From Octopus vulgaris (lineage: Eukaryota): 64,000 bases of DNA. Below the pieces are notes generated by a model. That model had not been told where the DNA came from, did no database searches, and worked only from the letters and a program-made list of their open reading frames with translations. The translations under genes and the position numbers were made by a program. The stretch is taken from NCBI GenBank assembly GCA_951406725.2, contig OX597814.1, positions 170,748,001-170,812,000 of the forward strand, read 5' to 3'. The stretch's first letter is position 1. Every line of letters begins with the position of its first letter. Of the stretch, positions 27,020 through 39,977 are shown piece after piece.

Positions 27020-27450
27020 TTCTTTTACTTGTTTCAGTCATTTGACTGCAGACATGCTAGACCATCACCTTTAAGTCGAACAAATTGACCCCAGGACTTA
27101 TTCTTTGTAAGCCTAGTACTTATTCTAACGGTCTCCTTTGCCAAACCACTAAGTTATGGGGATGTAAGCACACCAAAATTGGCTGTCAAGCGATGGTGTG
27201 GGGACAAACACGGACACACAAATATATACACACACTCACATACATACACGCACGCATGCACACACACAAACACACACATATATACACAATGGTCTTCTTT
27301 CAGCTTTTGTCTCCCATATCCACTCACAAGGCTTTGATTGGCCCAAGGCTATAGTAGAAAACACCTGCCCAGGGTGCCATGCAGTGGGACTGAACACAGA
27401 ACCAGGTGGTTGGGAAGCAAGCTTCTTACCAAACAGCCACACCTGTGCCT
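27020..27450 (-). mobile_element. CORE-type tRNA SINE: head, (TG)n linker, tail resembling a CR1-like 3' end
   Basis: Minus strand reads ggtaagaagcttgcttcccaacc...gttcagtcccactgcatggcaccctgggcaggtgt. Tail ends agcatg...cagtcaaatgactgaaacaagtaaaag. Confidence 0.8.
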
Positions 27451-27576
27451 ATATATGATTATTTTTCTTCTTGAAGTGGGAGAGAGAGAGAGTGAGTGAG
27501 TGATCAAGGTAGTAAAATGGTTAGCATGCATAACTGACCAGTAACAAGCATGGGGTTCAACTCCTGCTGAATAGGA

Positions 27577-27620
<44 letters not shown>

Positions 27621-28329
27621 TGTGTGTGTGTGTGTATGTGTGTGTGTGTGTGTTGATGACAGTGGACAAGTATAATAATTTACTACAAGCTGAAATTTTA
27701 TGAAAGGTTACTAAAAAGTGTTTTGCTTCCAATCTGCAGATTGCAATGAAAAGTTGAACAAGATAACAGATTCTTAAAAGAAAACAGTGGAAACATTTGA
27801 CAGTCAAGACAAGATTTCATTGGATCATATTGAAACAAAAAAGATCTTATTAGTTGATCATATAACCAGTGTAAACATAATAACAAATAAATAAAATAAA
27901 AAAATAAAAGCGAATGTAAGAACCATAGAAGGTAGTGGCTTTTTGCTGCAATCTTAGGAATTTTTATATTTTGCGTTCCCCACACTGAAGAATTTAAATA
28001 GTTTTAATATAACACTTATGAGTAATCTCCCCTCCACTGCTCAACTAACCTATGCACTCATATTTTTACATTTTTATAGATTTTCCATTAAAAAATATAA
28101 ATTAAAAAAAAAAAAACATTACTTTTTCCTTCCCTTAATGGTTACTAACTTCATTTAAACCTCTGTTCTTTCTTTCATTTCACCCAGATTTTTCTTCACA
28201 TTTATATAAATTTAAACAGTATCTTTCATTCATGCATATTTATACTTGTACTTTATTCAATAAACATGTACTTTAATTCTTGCAATATACATACTCTATG
28301 ACGCATGTGTGCAAGCAACCATGCCACAT

Positions 28330-29235
28330 GGCAGTGAAACTCAGGCCGTGACTGGTAAGGACATGCGTAAGCTTGTAAGGAATGAAGCCAGTATGCTCTG
28401 CTGGATGTGTAATGCCAGTGTGCATACATGACAGAGTGTAAGCACCCCGAGGGAAAAGTTAGACATAAGAAGCATCAGATGTGGTGTGCAAGAGAGACGA
28501 CTGCACTGGTATGGTCATGTGTTGGGACAGCTATGTGAAGCTATATGGATGAGGACAGCTATGTGAAGAAATGTCACACTCTAACAGCGGAAAGAACCTG
28601 TGGAAGAGGTAAACCCAGGAAGACATGGGATGAGGTGGTGAAGCATGACCTTCAAACATTGGGCCTCACGGAGGCAATAACAAGTGTCTGAGACCTTTGG
28701 AGATATGCTGTGCTTGAGAAACCAGCTTGCATAACCAGCACATCTAAGAGTACCCTTCAATCGTTGGGCAATAAACAACGCTTATGAAGACATGTTGAGG
28801 CAAGGGAAGTCACTGTTGTGGTTGATGACAGTACCACCAGGTTGGCACCCATGCCAATGGCATGTAAAAAGCACCATTTGAGCGTGGTCGATGCCAGTGT
28901 GAGCTGACTGGTCCCATGTCAGTGGCACGTAAAAAGCACCATTCGAGCATGGTTGCTGCCAGTACTGCCTGACTGGCTCCCATGCTGGTGGCATGTAAAA
29001 AGCACCATTCAAGTGTGGTCGATGCCAGTACTGCTTGACTGGCCATCATGCCAATGGCATGTAAAAAGCACCCACTACACTCTTGGAGTGGTTGGCATTA
29101 GGAAGGGCATCCAGCTGTGGAAACATTGCCAGATTGGATTGGAGCCTTGTGCAGCCTTCTGGCTTGCCAGCCCTCAGTCAAACTGTCCAACCCATGCCAG
29201 CATAGAAAGCGGACATTAAATGACGATGATGATGA
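28330..29235 (+). mobile_element. 5'-truncated RTE-clade LINE (ORF C-terminus, 3' UTR with ~60-nt tandem units, (GAT)n tail)
   Basis: RRLHWYGHV...MDEDSYVKKCHTLTAERTCGRGKPRKTWDEVVKHDLQTLGL is typical of RTE C-termini. Confidence 0.88.
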
Positions 29236-29319
29236 TATTCTCTTCTGCCCCTCTAAAATGTACATGAACATTCATAAGAATATATATGTAACTCTGGTAC
29301 TTATTTTGTGTCTTTTGCA

Positions 29320-29585
29320 GAACCACCAAGTTATGTGGATGTAAACAAACCAACACTTGTTGGCAAGCGGTAGGAAGGACATACACAAACACCCAAACAC
29401 ACACATATTTATACATACTCACAATGGAGTTCTATACAGTTTCCATCCACCAAATTCACTCACAAGGCATTGTTTGGCCTGGGCTATAATAGAAGAGATA
29501 CTTGCCCAAGGTGTCATGTAAGAGAACTGAACTTGAAACTATGAGCTTGCAAAGTAAGCTACTAAACCACACATCCATGACTGTA
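29320..29585 (-). mobile_element. Degraded CORE-type SINE
   Basis: cactcacaaggcattgtttggcctgggctataatagaagagatacttgcccaaggtg matches 27320-27380. Confidence 0.75.
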
Positions 29586-29934
29586 CCTACTGTGTATATT
29601 CCTTTTTACTCAGAACTCTGTTGCATTTTTTGGCTAAACACACACACACACACATAAAAGTGGTTGTGGTTATTGTTGTTAATGTTTAGTTCAGGATCAA
29701 GCTTAATTGAACAGATTTATGATCAACAATATTCCAGCCATGGCCATTATGTCTATTCTATATAATAGAAACTGCACCCTTCCATTTTTGCTTCAAAGAT
29801 TATAAGGAGTGATTTGAGAGAAATTTATCTAGCATTTCATGCTAGTTAAGAACAAAGGCTGTCTTATTGACATAAGCATGCTACCAGTAACTTTTTATAT
29901 TGATATTATAATAAACAGAGAAACTATGTATCCC

Positions 29935-30252
29935 TCATACAGCAACACACCTGTTTCCGTTTCCCTATCATCTCATCACCTGGCATAAAACCACATCCCT
30001 CACTACTACCCACCGCCACCTCAGTTGAGTGGGATAGTCTTCTGAGTTGATTGGCAAGCTTACTAGTGCCAGTACCATGTAAAAAGCACCCCATACACAC
30101 TGTAGAGTGGTTGGTGTTAGTAAGAACAAGCTTTAGAAAAACCATGCTAAAGCAAACAGTAGAACTTAGTACAGGCCTCTGGCTAACCAGCCCCTGCTGA
30201 ACTGGCCAACCCATGCCAGCAGGGAAAATGGACATTATATGATGATGATGAT
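29935..30252 (+). mobile_element. RTE-LINE 3' UTR/tail remnant
   Basis: taaaaagcaccc...gagtggttggtgttag...aacccatgccagc...(gat)n. Confidence 0.7.
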
Positions 30253-30799
30253 GTGAATGAAATGGAATAGTTAAGAGTATTTCATTTGAGGTAGTTCAAA
30301 GCGTTTCTTCAAGGCAAAAAAATAATAATTAATACCAAGAATTATGGTTTACTTTGGTACTCATAAAAACAAAAGCAAACAAAAGGGTTAGGGTACGTTG
30401 AGCCTAGTATGTAGGGTTGTGGGCTATGGACCCTTGGCAATAAGATAGGGGAGAGAAACTTCATCATACATATTTACAAACATAAAAAAAAACATCAATT
30501 CCACTTAGTCAAAAGATTACCCAAAGGAGAAATTCCCTCCAGGGAATGGACTCTAGAGTTAATCCATTTTTTTATATTTTGGAAAAAGAGTTGTGTGCTT
30601 GTTGTCATACACACACTAGTATATGCATATATATGTACACACATAGACACACTTGCATGTGTTTATATAAATACACACACATATTTACATATGTATGTGC
30701 ATACATATATACATGTGTGTCTATATTATATATGTTTATGCATATATAAATGTTAGTAAGAAATGTCTGTATAATTGTATACTGATGTGTATGCATATA

Positions 30800-30839
<40 letters not shown>

Positions 30840-31506
30840 CACATATACAATTATACAGACATTTCTTACTAACACACACACACCCATACACATACATACT
30901 CATGCAGAAATATGAGTGAGGACGCGTGTGAATGGATGAGAGAGACAGAGAGATTATGGTGGTGATGGGAAAAGACTGATCCAATTAATTCTACTAGTCT
31001 GCGTTTCCTATATTAGATTAGGTAGGGTGGCAGTGGTACAGACAAGAAGCAGAACAGGGACACAACGCATAAGCAAGAAGTGTAGAAGAGTGGCAGGAGA
31101 AAGCCAAATATAAATAACAACAACATAGCTGCCACCGCCACCATCGAAAAGTGTTATGCTGCCCTCCCTGCCGTGAATATTTGTAATCTTGCAATGCTGA
31201 TATTAATTTACTGGAGAGTTGCTAGGGGACAAGCAGGAATTGCAAGACTTCGTCAATGTCTGTACTGATGACAAACTATTTAGGCCTACTTCGTGTCATA
31301 GATCATTTCTCGTGTTTTATTGAAAATTGTGGTGTGTGCGTGTCTCTGTGCGTGTGTGCACGTACACACTCACACACACACACACGTTCATCTTCAATAC
31401 TGCTTCCTTGTACATGAATTTATTTTAAGCTTTCTATGGCGAGAAAAAGTCCCTAAAATTACCAGCAACAGAAATGTTTTTCCAACTACTTAGCAATCTA
31501 ATAGAA

Positions 31507-31763
31507 CAGAGGTCATTTACCCCCAGGCCACAGACCAGCACCAGACCACATTGGACAAATAAATTTTAAAATTATATTTGTATATTTTATTGATTATCAT
31601 AGCCTGTCGGGTGATTCTGCTTTATATATAATTATGCGACACACACACACATGTAATAATTAAATTATATATTTTTCACTTTATTGTGTTTTGCTCAAGT
31701 CCATAAAAAATTATCGTGCATGAAATTATTCTGTGGTGCAAAAGAAAAGGTTGGAGACTGTAG
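31507..31763 (+). mobile_element. hAT (MER1/Charlie-like) non-autonomous element, degraded
   Basis: Ends cagaggtc..cccccaggccacagacc and gtggtgcaaaagaaaaggttggagact. A related 3' end lies at about 47030-47195. Confidence 0.55.
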
Positions 31764-32602
31764 CAATGGAACCAAGCATTTACCAAATGACTTAGGTCCA
31801 ACCTTTCAATATAAAGTTCACAAATTTGAATATGCTTGTATGGTGTATGGAAACAAGTTCCAACTAGACTAATAAAGATTATCATATAAGGACACCTGAC
31901 CCACTAGAAGTAGCAGCTAAACTTCCTTCAAATACTACTGTCTTAGAAAAAGATATGTTGGATCATTCAGTCCTTTGTTTCCAGCGTATAGAAAATAGAA
32001 TGGATTTTCATGGCTGAACATAGTTCTGCTTGATAAAAGCTGACCAGGAATTTTATAACAACAATAGTATACAAGTTTTACTGAATTTGAAACTTGATGA
32101 GGATACTACTGAGTAAATAGGACATTTCATATTCATGGAATGGTTACTAGTTGACTGTTGAGTTGATTATTAATTATATCATTAGGCCAAGTTTGTCTTG
32201 GTAAGATGAAGAGATATGGAACATTTAACTAGAACAAGATGAGGGGAGTCTTAACAGGAGGGAAAGTATTACTGGATCTGCTAGAAATAGCAACTAAATT
32301 TCTTTTGAAACACAACCTAATTTCTTAAATAAAGACACTGAATAATGTAGTCCTAGTTACACTTATGTTTCTATAAAAAAAAAAAAAAAAAAAAAGATGA
32401 TCATAGCTCTATTCAGTTAGGGCTGACTTAGGGTTCAACCACAAGCAAGACAAGAAAGAGAGTGGGTGGAAAAAAGGGAATGGGTGGTCAATTAAGAAAT
32501 GAAAGGAAGACTGAAAAAAATATGGGGAAAGAAGAAAAACAATGAAATTCAAGAAGAAGAAAGATGACAAAGATAAAAGGAAAAAGTGAGAGTAGACTTT
32601 AA

Positions 32603-32822
32603 TCCTTTAGCATTTGGATTATTCTGTCAAATGTTGTGCTTATTTATTCACATTAATTTGAATTAATCATGCATTATCTTGTAGTTTTGAGATTTTGATA
32701 ATGTGCTAGTTTATTTTTAGAATGACATTGTAGGATAGGTGTGAGAAGCAGGTGCTGTCCAGTTTCAACATAAAACAGGCAGAATATTTGGGCTGGAAAT
32801 GGCCAGTTTAAATGCTAAAGGG
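32603..32822 (-). mobile_element. TTAA MITE (piggyBac-type)
   Basis: TTAA|TCCTTTAGCATT...AATGCTAAAGGG|TTAA. Confidence 0.9.
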
Positions 32823-33120
32823 TTAACCTCCAAAGCTTAAATCTATAGTTTCAACTTTAATTCATTCTAATGTTGGTACAATGCCAGGAATTCTGAGAGG
32901 AGGAGCAAAACGATTATATTGACCCAAGTACCTGACTAGCAGCTTTATACTACATCATGTAGCATGACTTTTGTCTTTGGATACCAACTATTATTTCCTA
33001 TTTGCTTACACCTAGAAAGTATGAAAAATTGCTAATATTTCCTCTAAACTTTGCTTTTGTTACATTAATTCAAACCCCAAAGAGTCCCTCAATGCCACTA
33101 TGCATAATAATAATAATAAT

Positions 33121-33530
33121 CTTTTCTACTAAAGCCTGAAATTTTGGGGGAGGAGTTAAGTTGATTACATCGACCCCAGTATTCAACTGGTACTTAACTT
33201 ATTGATCATGCAAGGATGAAAGGCAAAGTTGATCTCAGCGGAATTTGAGCTCAGAATGTAGCGACGGGCGAACTACCACTTAGCATTTTGTCCAGCACGC
33301 AAATGCTTCTGCCCATCAACCTTTCTACTATAGGTACAAGACCTGAAATTTCTTGGGAGGGGACTAGTTGATTACATCAGATCCAGTGTTTTACTGGCAC
33401 TTAATTTATTGACCCCCAAAAGGATGAAAAGTAAAGTCAACCGTGGCAGAATTTGAACTCAGAAGACATAAGCAAAGTACCGCAAAACATTTTACCCGGC
33501 ATGCTAACAATTCTGCCAGCTCGCCACCTT
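33121..33530 (-). mobile_element. Two tandem copies of the Meta/Sauria-like SINE next to (TAA)n
   Basis: The block gattacatc..cccagt..aactgg.acttaa..aaggatgaaa.g.aaagt..ggaatttga.ctcagaa occurs twice (33121-33318, 33319-33530). Confidence 0.85.
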
Positions 33531-33534
33531 AATA

Positions 33535-33569
<35 letters not shown>

Positions 33570-35220
33570 AATAATAAATTGCTTATAACTCAACTATAAT
33601 GGTAATCTTTTATTAATTTCCAGTCTGAAACAAGAAATGATGACTGCATCTAACTTCAGTTTCCCATCATTGAAATCAAAGTATTATGTTCAATTTAGAA
33701 ATTATCCAATGTGTGTGGATGGGGTACGAGGAGGAGTGAAGGAGAAGAAAATGAAGGAGAGGGGGAAAATCAAACTATGCAGCCAAGATTGTGCACTACT
33801 CCTTCATCAAATTTTCATTCTTTGCCACTGTTAGTATCATCATCATCATTCTTTTTTTTTTTTTGAAGAATTTTTTTCAATTTATTTATTTTCTTTTTAA
33901 TATAAATTTCGAGAGTTAAACAAGAAGGCCAAAACTTTATTAGATATGACACAAAGTCATTAGGAGAGACTGAATGTGTACGAGTTAAAAAAAAGTGCAG
34001 ATGGGAGAGGCGGGAATCTACCGAGAGAAAAGTCAAAAGCATTAGTCAATGATCTTTTATAAAAGTAACAGAACGAAACAAAAATAATAATAATAATGAT
34101 AATGATAATAATAATGATAATGATAATAATAATGATAATGATAATAATAATAATGGCAGTGATGATGATGATAATGGTCACAATAATTTTTAAGCAACAA
34201 GAAATTTACAAGGAAATGATTCACAGATAAGTGTGAGGATGGAGGAGGGGCACACCACATTTATTTTCATTCTTACTTTGTTTCGGAATACAATAGTGTT
34301 TGGGGGGGAAGACTTGCCCCCCACTCCCGGGAAGGGGGGGGTAGAAAAGGGAGGCAACTAATACACACATGCACACAAATACTACTCCAACTTTTCTATG
34401 TCATTAGTTATTGTTTGGCTTTTACCTTTTTTTTGTTTCCCCTTTTCAGTAAACTAAGCCTCCCGCCCTCGCCCTCCTAAACACCCTCACAAAAATGTAA
34501 AACTGAATAAGCGGTACTTAAGAGTGTAAGTCAAAAATATGAAGCATTGTAGCAATGCGAAAGAAGAACTCTATCTCCCTCTTTTAAGACCTCTTCTTTT
34601 TTTTTTTTTAGCACCACAGCACAAAAGGCAAACAGGAACAAGAAAAAGGACTTTTTTTATAAAGAAAAAAAAAAAAAAAACGAAAGGAGAGAAAGGAAGA
34701 GCAGTGATAAGAGGGGAAGAGGAGAAAGGGAGAAAAAAATGGAAATTATAGTTTTTATTAAGTGGTTCCAATGGGAAGGAATGGAACAAACGATAAAACA
34801 CAATACGAAACAATACAACATATTACAAATCACTGTGAGGTGAGGTGAAGTGGAGTGGGGGGGGGGGAATTGTATTGGAAAACAATGAGAAAAGAGTAGA
34901 GAATTGTATGGAAAATTTTCTGGAGCAGAGAGTACAGCTTTCCAACTGTAATGCAAGGTTAAGAGTTCGGGTTTTTTTTTTTTTTTTATATATAGAAAAT
35001 TCTGCTTTCGAGAAATAAGGTAAATTCTTCTTTCAACTCATATTTAAAATAACTATCTATCTAAGTTACTAAATATATCATATTTCTTTTGTTGTTTGTT
35101 TTTATAACTATTTTTTTTTTTTTGCTTCAATTTTTCAATACAAAGAACTCTTAGAATGTTGATGGAGCAAAGTTTTATCAGAAATAGGAATAACGTACTT
35201 CTATCTACAAAGGGTTTATG

Positions 35221-35223
<3 letters not shown>

Positions 35224-35284
<61 letters not shown>
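35224..35284. repeat. (GA)n microsatellite
   Basis: Directly visible. Confidence 0.98.
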
Positions 35285-35286
<2 letters not shown>

Positions 35287-36178
35287 AAGGAGAAGTAGCC
35301 ATTCAAAGAACTAAGACTGAAAGGTTAAATTAATGATAAATTCATTATTGGCATTGGAAACTGAGGTGGGATGGATGAGACAGATCGCAACAGTAGTAGC
35401 AACAATAGGAAATCTCTATTATTCAGCCACTTTCTTGGTATTAGAACAGTGGAATATCCTGTGAATGCATGTAAACCAATCATTCAAATGAAGGAAAAAA
35501 AAAAAAAAAAAAGGGGAGTTAATCATCATTCATAAGCAAGTATGGTATCTAATCGTTTTAGGGGCCTCTGCAGTTGTGAACAGAAATAAACACTCTCTTG
35601 ATCTTCTTAGTCTTGACCCAGCAGAACATGGACGATATGACAACTAGATGGAGAGCAAGAAAGAAAGTCACATGAGTACTAGGGTGGTACTCCTTTACAT
35701 TTGAGCAGACTGGGATAGTTTGAAATGACAAGCCTTACTCAAAGATACAACACATTGTTTGGCCCCATGTGATAAACCTGCCACCTTATGATCATGAGCC
35801 CAACATCCCTATGTCACACATCTTCATTAGATATGGAAAACAAGAAACAGTGCTAATGAGTTTAATTTCTCGTTTTTTTTTTTTTTTTTCTGTCTCAAAT
35901 TGGTATGCATAATTAATACCTAAGTATCTTTGGCATGAAACTGGAAATAATCAGAAAATTAAGAGTGTAATGTTGAACTTTCAAAAATTATTACTTGATG
36001 TCAGCTAAAATGTTTGGTAGGAAGATATGAAGAATAAGACAATGAGATCAGTAGAGTGAATGGTGGAGTCTCTATAAAGCAGGATTGTAGCAGGTGAGAG
36101 AAAAAGTATGGTCAAAGTGTCTGCTTGTGTGAGACAAGAGAATGGACAGATGTATGGAGAATGATTAACAAAGCCACA

Positions 36179-36490
36179 TAAGGCAAACTAAGTTTATGCA
36201 GAGAGTGGCTTTATGAATAAGATGAGAGTGTAAGGCAAACTAAGTTTATGCAGAGAGTGGCTTTATGAATAAGATGAGAGTGTAAGGCAAATTTAATTTG
36301 ATATAGACAAACAGAAGGTTTATATTTAAGAGAATAGCATAATGTAAACCAAATTCATATAGACAGCAGTAGTTATATGTATATAAAGGTACTAAGGAAA
36401 GGTAAGTTTAAATAGACAAGTACTGAGAACAGAATAAGGATAACCAAGTTTATATACATTAGCAGTGGCCAACATTCAATAAGATAACCA
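36179..36490. repeat. 52-nt tandem repeat: two identical units followed by decayed units
   Basis: taaggcaaactaagtttatgcagagagtggctttatgaataagatgagagtg at 36179 and 36231, partial at 36283. Confidence 0.85.
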
Positions 36491-36916
36491 CACATGCACA
36501 TATCATAATTTATACTTTATAATTTATAAAGGAAGAGGTTTGAAGTGGGGAAAAAAAGTGATATAATTTGAGCACAAAAGTACAATTTGAGAACAGAAGT
36601 ACACCAAAGATTGAGAAATAATGTATTACATATGTAATATGTCTAACCCACGTTAGTTACAATGATTGCTATGTAAACTAAAACTAATACCAAATAAGAG
36701 CACAGGCAACAATAATGAGAAGTCAAAATGTTTGTGAAAGCCAAAATATTGAATAGCCACTCTGCCCCTCTGTATCCAGTACCTGGCTAAACAGCTGGTA
36801 CATTGCTCTAGTTACATGCTGCTAGGTGACTGAAGGGTGGTTAGCTGATAATGCTAATAAATCTGAAGAAGTGAATACACCATGGCAGAAGATGTGAATT
36901 CTAATGATTCAAACAG

Positions 36917-37322
36917 AGCCCTGCCCCGAGGACACAAAAACAGAAAGGCTTTTTTGAGAGTGCTGACTATTTATTCACCATTATTGGAAGTCACAGGGCC
37001 CTACTTTAAACATAACATCCCACACTGCACATAATTCACAATGATTCCCGTAGCCCTGCCTTGAGGACACAAACACAGAAAGGCTTTTTTGAGAGTGCTG
37101 ACTATTTATTGACCATTATTGGAAGTCATAGGGCCCTACTTAAAACATAACATTCCACACCGCACATAATTCACAATGATCCCCGTAGCCCTGCCTTCAG
37201 GACACAAAAACAGAAAGGCTTTTTTGAGAGTGCTGACTATTTATTCATCATTATTGGAAGTTATAAGGCCCTACTCAAAACATAGCATCCCGCACCGCAC
37301 ATAATTCACAATGATCCCCGTA
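36917..37322. repeat. Three tandem copies of a 135-nt unit
   Basis: agccctgcc starts at 36917, 37052 and 37187. Units differ by scattered substitutions. Confidence 0.95.
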
Positions 37323-38637
37323 CTCATTAAAGACAGATTCAAACTACATGAGAAAATACCTGCAGCAAATCTGAACATGCAAACACTAAGAGTTGATAGT
37401 CTAAAAGCCAATCAAGAGAACAATAATTAACTGTACTAATAAGCTGAAAAAAAAAAAGAAAAAAAAACCCACTTTCATCAGAAAGAGTGGCCCTAAAATC
37501 TTTGAAAGCGTTGAAATTTGTCAACCAATTAGCTGTACACCAAGTTAGTACAAATTTTCTCTGGGTTTCACATACATGCACATTTTTGTATTTCATTTTT
37601 GTGGTTTCAGTTCAGCTTGTAGTAAATGTTATATTACTATATATATAAGTGATGTGTAGCTAGTCATTATTAAGTATTTCATATATTCATCACACACACA
37701 GATATATGCAAATGTCTGTCAGTTTGTGTATATATATAAAGACACACACTAAATCAAATTTCAAATACACAAATGTACATACATGTACATGCATTCAGAC
37801 AGGCACAAACCCATGTGGCATATACATAGATGTCAACAGATGTATGTATGGGCATACACATACAAAATAAATCAGGTATACATGCAGCTCACATTACCCA
37901 TAAACATATGGGACATCTAGATCAGTATATACATACACAGGAAGGTGCAGACACATTTACACACACACATCAACATGCATGCCTGCATTACATACTTGCA
38001 CACATACATACATACATACATCATATAAAAAATATTTTTCTTTGATTCCCACCCTCCCAATAATCTTATTAATTTTAATTTTCGAAAATCATAATTTCAT
38101 TTCAGAAATATCCATGAGTTATGGATAAAAATTCTGACAGGTTTAATAAATAAATAAAAGTAATAATAATAAATGTAGAAACATTATCAAACTTCTTATA
38201 TCTATATATCAGTATGTGTGTGTGTGTGTGCATGCATACATACACATACATGCAAATAGAAGTCTGCATGTCTTCAGCTTTTTATATATATATATATGTA
38301 TGTCCCAGTAGGGAAATTTGTATGCATGTTTTGTGTATATGTATGGTTAAGAGATCACTCCCTGAAGGTTGAACTGTCTGAAACCTGAAGCCCCTGCCAG
38401 AGCCATCACTGAATAAAGGAAGTCTAAAGGATCCACACAAAAACAGCAATGGAAGAAGCAAAAGATGGCAAAATTTTTACATTTTACAACAAAAGTAAAG
38501 GAGAAAGACTATACCTTATGAGAAGAGACAGTCATTGAAACAGTGTCATAAAGCACTCACATCAACCTGTGTGACTTTATGATAATGGTTCAAGCCACCT
38601 CTCTCCCACATTTAGTAAAGTTAAGCACAGAGAAATT

Positions 38638-38823
38638 ACTGTGTGGTTAAAAAAGTTCACTTCCCTAACACTTGGATTTGGGTTCAGTTCTACTGCGCTA
38701 TAGTGTGAGCAGGCACCTTTTACTATGGTAGAAGACAAAGTATACAGATGTCTTTTATAATAGTGCCAAACTGTCTCAAGCCTTGGGAGTGGATTTGGAA
38801 GATGGTAACTGAAAGAAGCCTGC

Positions 38824-38861
<38 letters not shown>

Positions 38862-39085
38862 ATGTCTTGTTTTGACAGAAAGTGTTAGTTGTAAATGAGT
38901 ACCACTGTCTTATAAGCAGTGCCATTCATTTCCAATTTTCTCTGAAAACATGTTCTGCTATGGGGAAATACTACCTTGCTTTGAAACAAGTTAGGATGGG
39001 TGACTGGAAGGCCATCCAAATGTAGAAAATCTGCCTTAATAAACTCTGTCCGAACCATGCAAGCATGGAAAAGATGTCAAAATAC
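38638..39085 (+). mobile_element. CORE-type SINE head, (TG)n linker and RTE-like tail
   Basis: Head ends gagtggatttggaagatggtaactgaaagaagcc. Tail reads ggaaggccatccaaatgtagaaaatctgcc...aaccatgcaagcatggaaaa. Confidence 0.7.
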
Positions 39086-39117
39086 TAAGAGGATGTTAAA
39101 ATGAATATATTATACGA

Positions 39118-39435
39118 AGGCGCATTGATCAGTAGTTAGGGTAATCAGCTCATGATTGTAAGGCCGTGAGTTCAATTTCCAGTGGTGCATTGTATTCTTG
39201 AGCAAGACACTTTATTTCATGTTGCTCCATTCCACTCAGCTGGCAAAAATGAGTAGTACCTGTAATTTAGTGGGCCAGCCATGTCACATTCTGCGTCATG
39301 CTGAATCTCCCTGAGAACTACATTCAGGGAATGTGTCTCTGGAGTGCTCACCCACTTGCACATTAACTTCACGAGCAGGCAGTTCTGTTAATCAGATCAA
39401 CTGGAACCCTAATCATCATAACTGATGGAGTCTCT
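39118..39435 (+). mobile_element. tRNA-derived SINE
   Basis: B-box-like gagttcaatttcc followed by ttcttgagcaagacactttatttcatgttgctcc. Confidence 0.7.
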
Positions 39436-39747
39436 TTTCTAAATCATATGGCACGCCTGGCCTTACGGTTCAGAAGTCTGCTTCACAACCCTATCATCTT
39501 AGGTTCATTCTCACTGTGGTCCACTTGTCTTCTACTGTTATTGCCTTGGGTTGATCAAAAACCTTGTAAGTGAAAACGGTAGGCAGAAGCTGTATGGAAG
39601 CATAGCATACACACACACTCGCATGCAAAAAGACTAGACGCACATAAACATACATATTTAAATATAGTTCGTAGATGAGATCCAAATATTCTCTGTATAG
39701 AATACACTTATAGTGCTCAAGAGTTTTAAACTAGAGCAGGTATAGAA

Positions 39748-39977
39748 ATAAATATAGGGATAAACGAATTAGACAGATCAATGTATAAAGTACCTGAAAT
39801 CCAAAAAAATGTATATGTATAAAAATACATATAAAAAGGTCAAATTACATAGAGTACAAATGACATTTGTACTCTATATAAGTTGGACCTTTTTATATGT
39901 ATACAAATATACATTTTTTTTTGTATTTCATGTACTTTATATGTTGATCTGTCTAATTCATTTATCCCTACATTTAT
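39748..39977. repeat. Near-perfect palindrome, about 115-nt arms, centre at 39863
   Basis: ...atagagtacaaatg-a-catttgtactctat... Arms stay complementary out to tagggataaa / tttatcccta. Confidence 0.93.

Noticed and set aside
37196-37253. C/D-box snoRNA-like ATGATGA...CTGA on the minus strand
   Set aside because: The boxes appear in only one of three tandem copies, there is no terminal stem, and the span is short.
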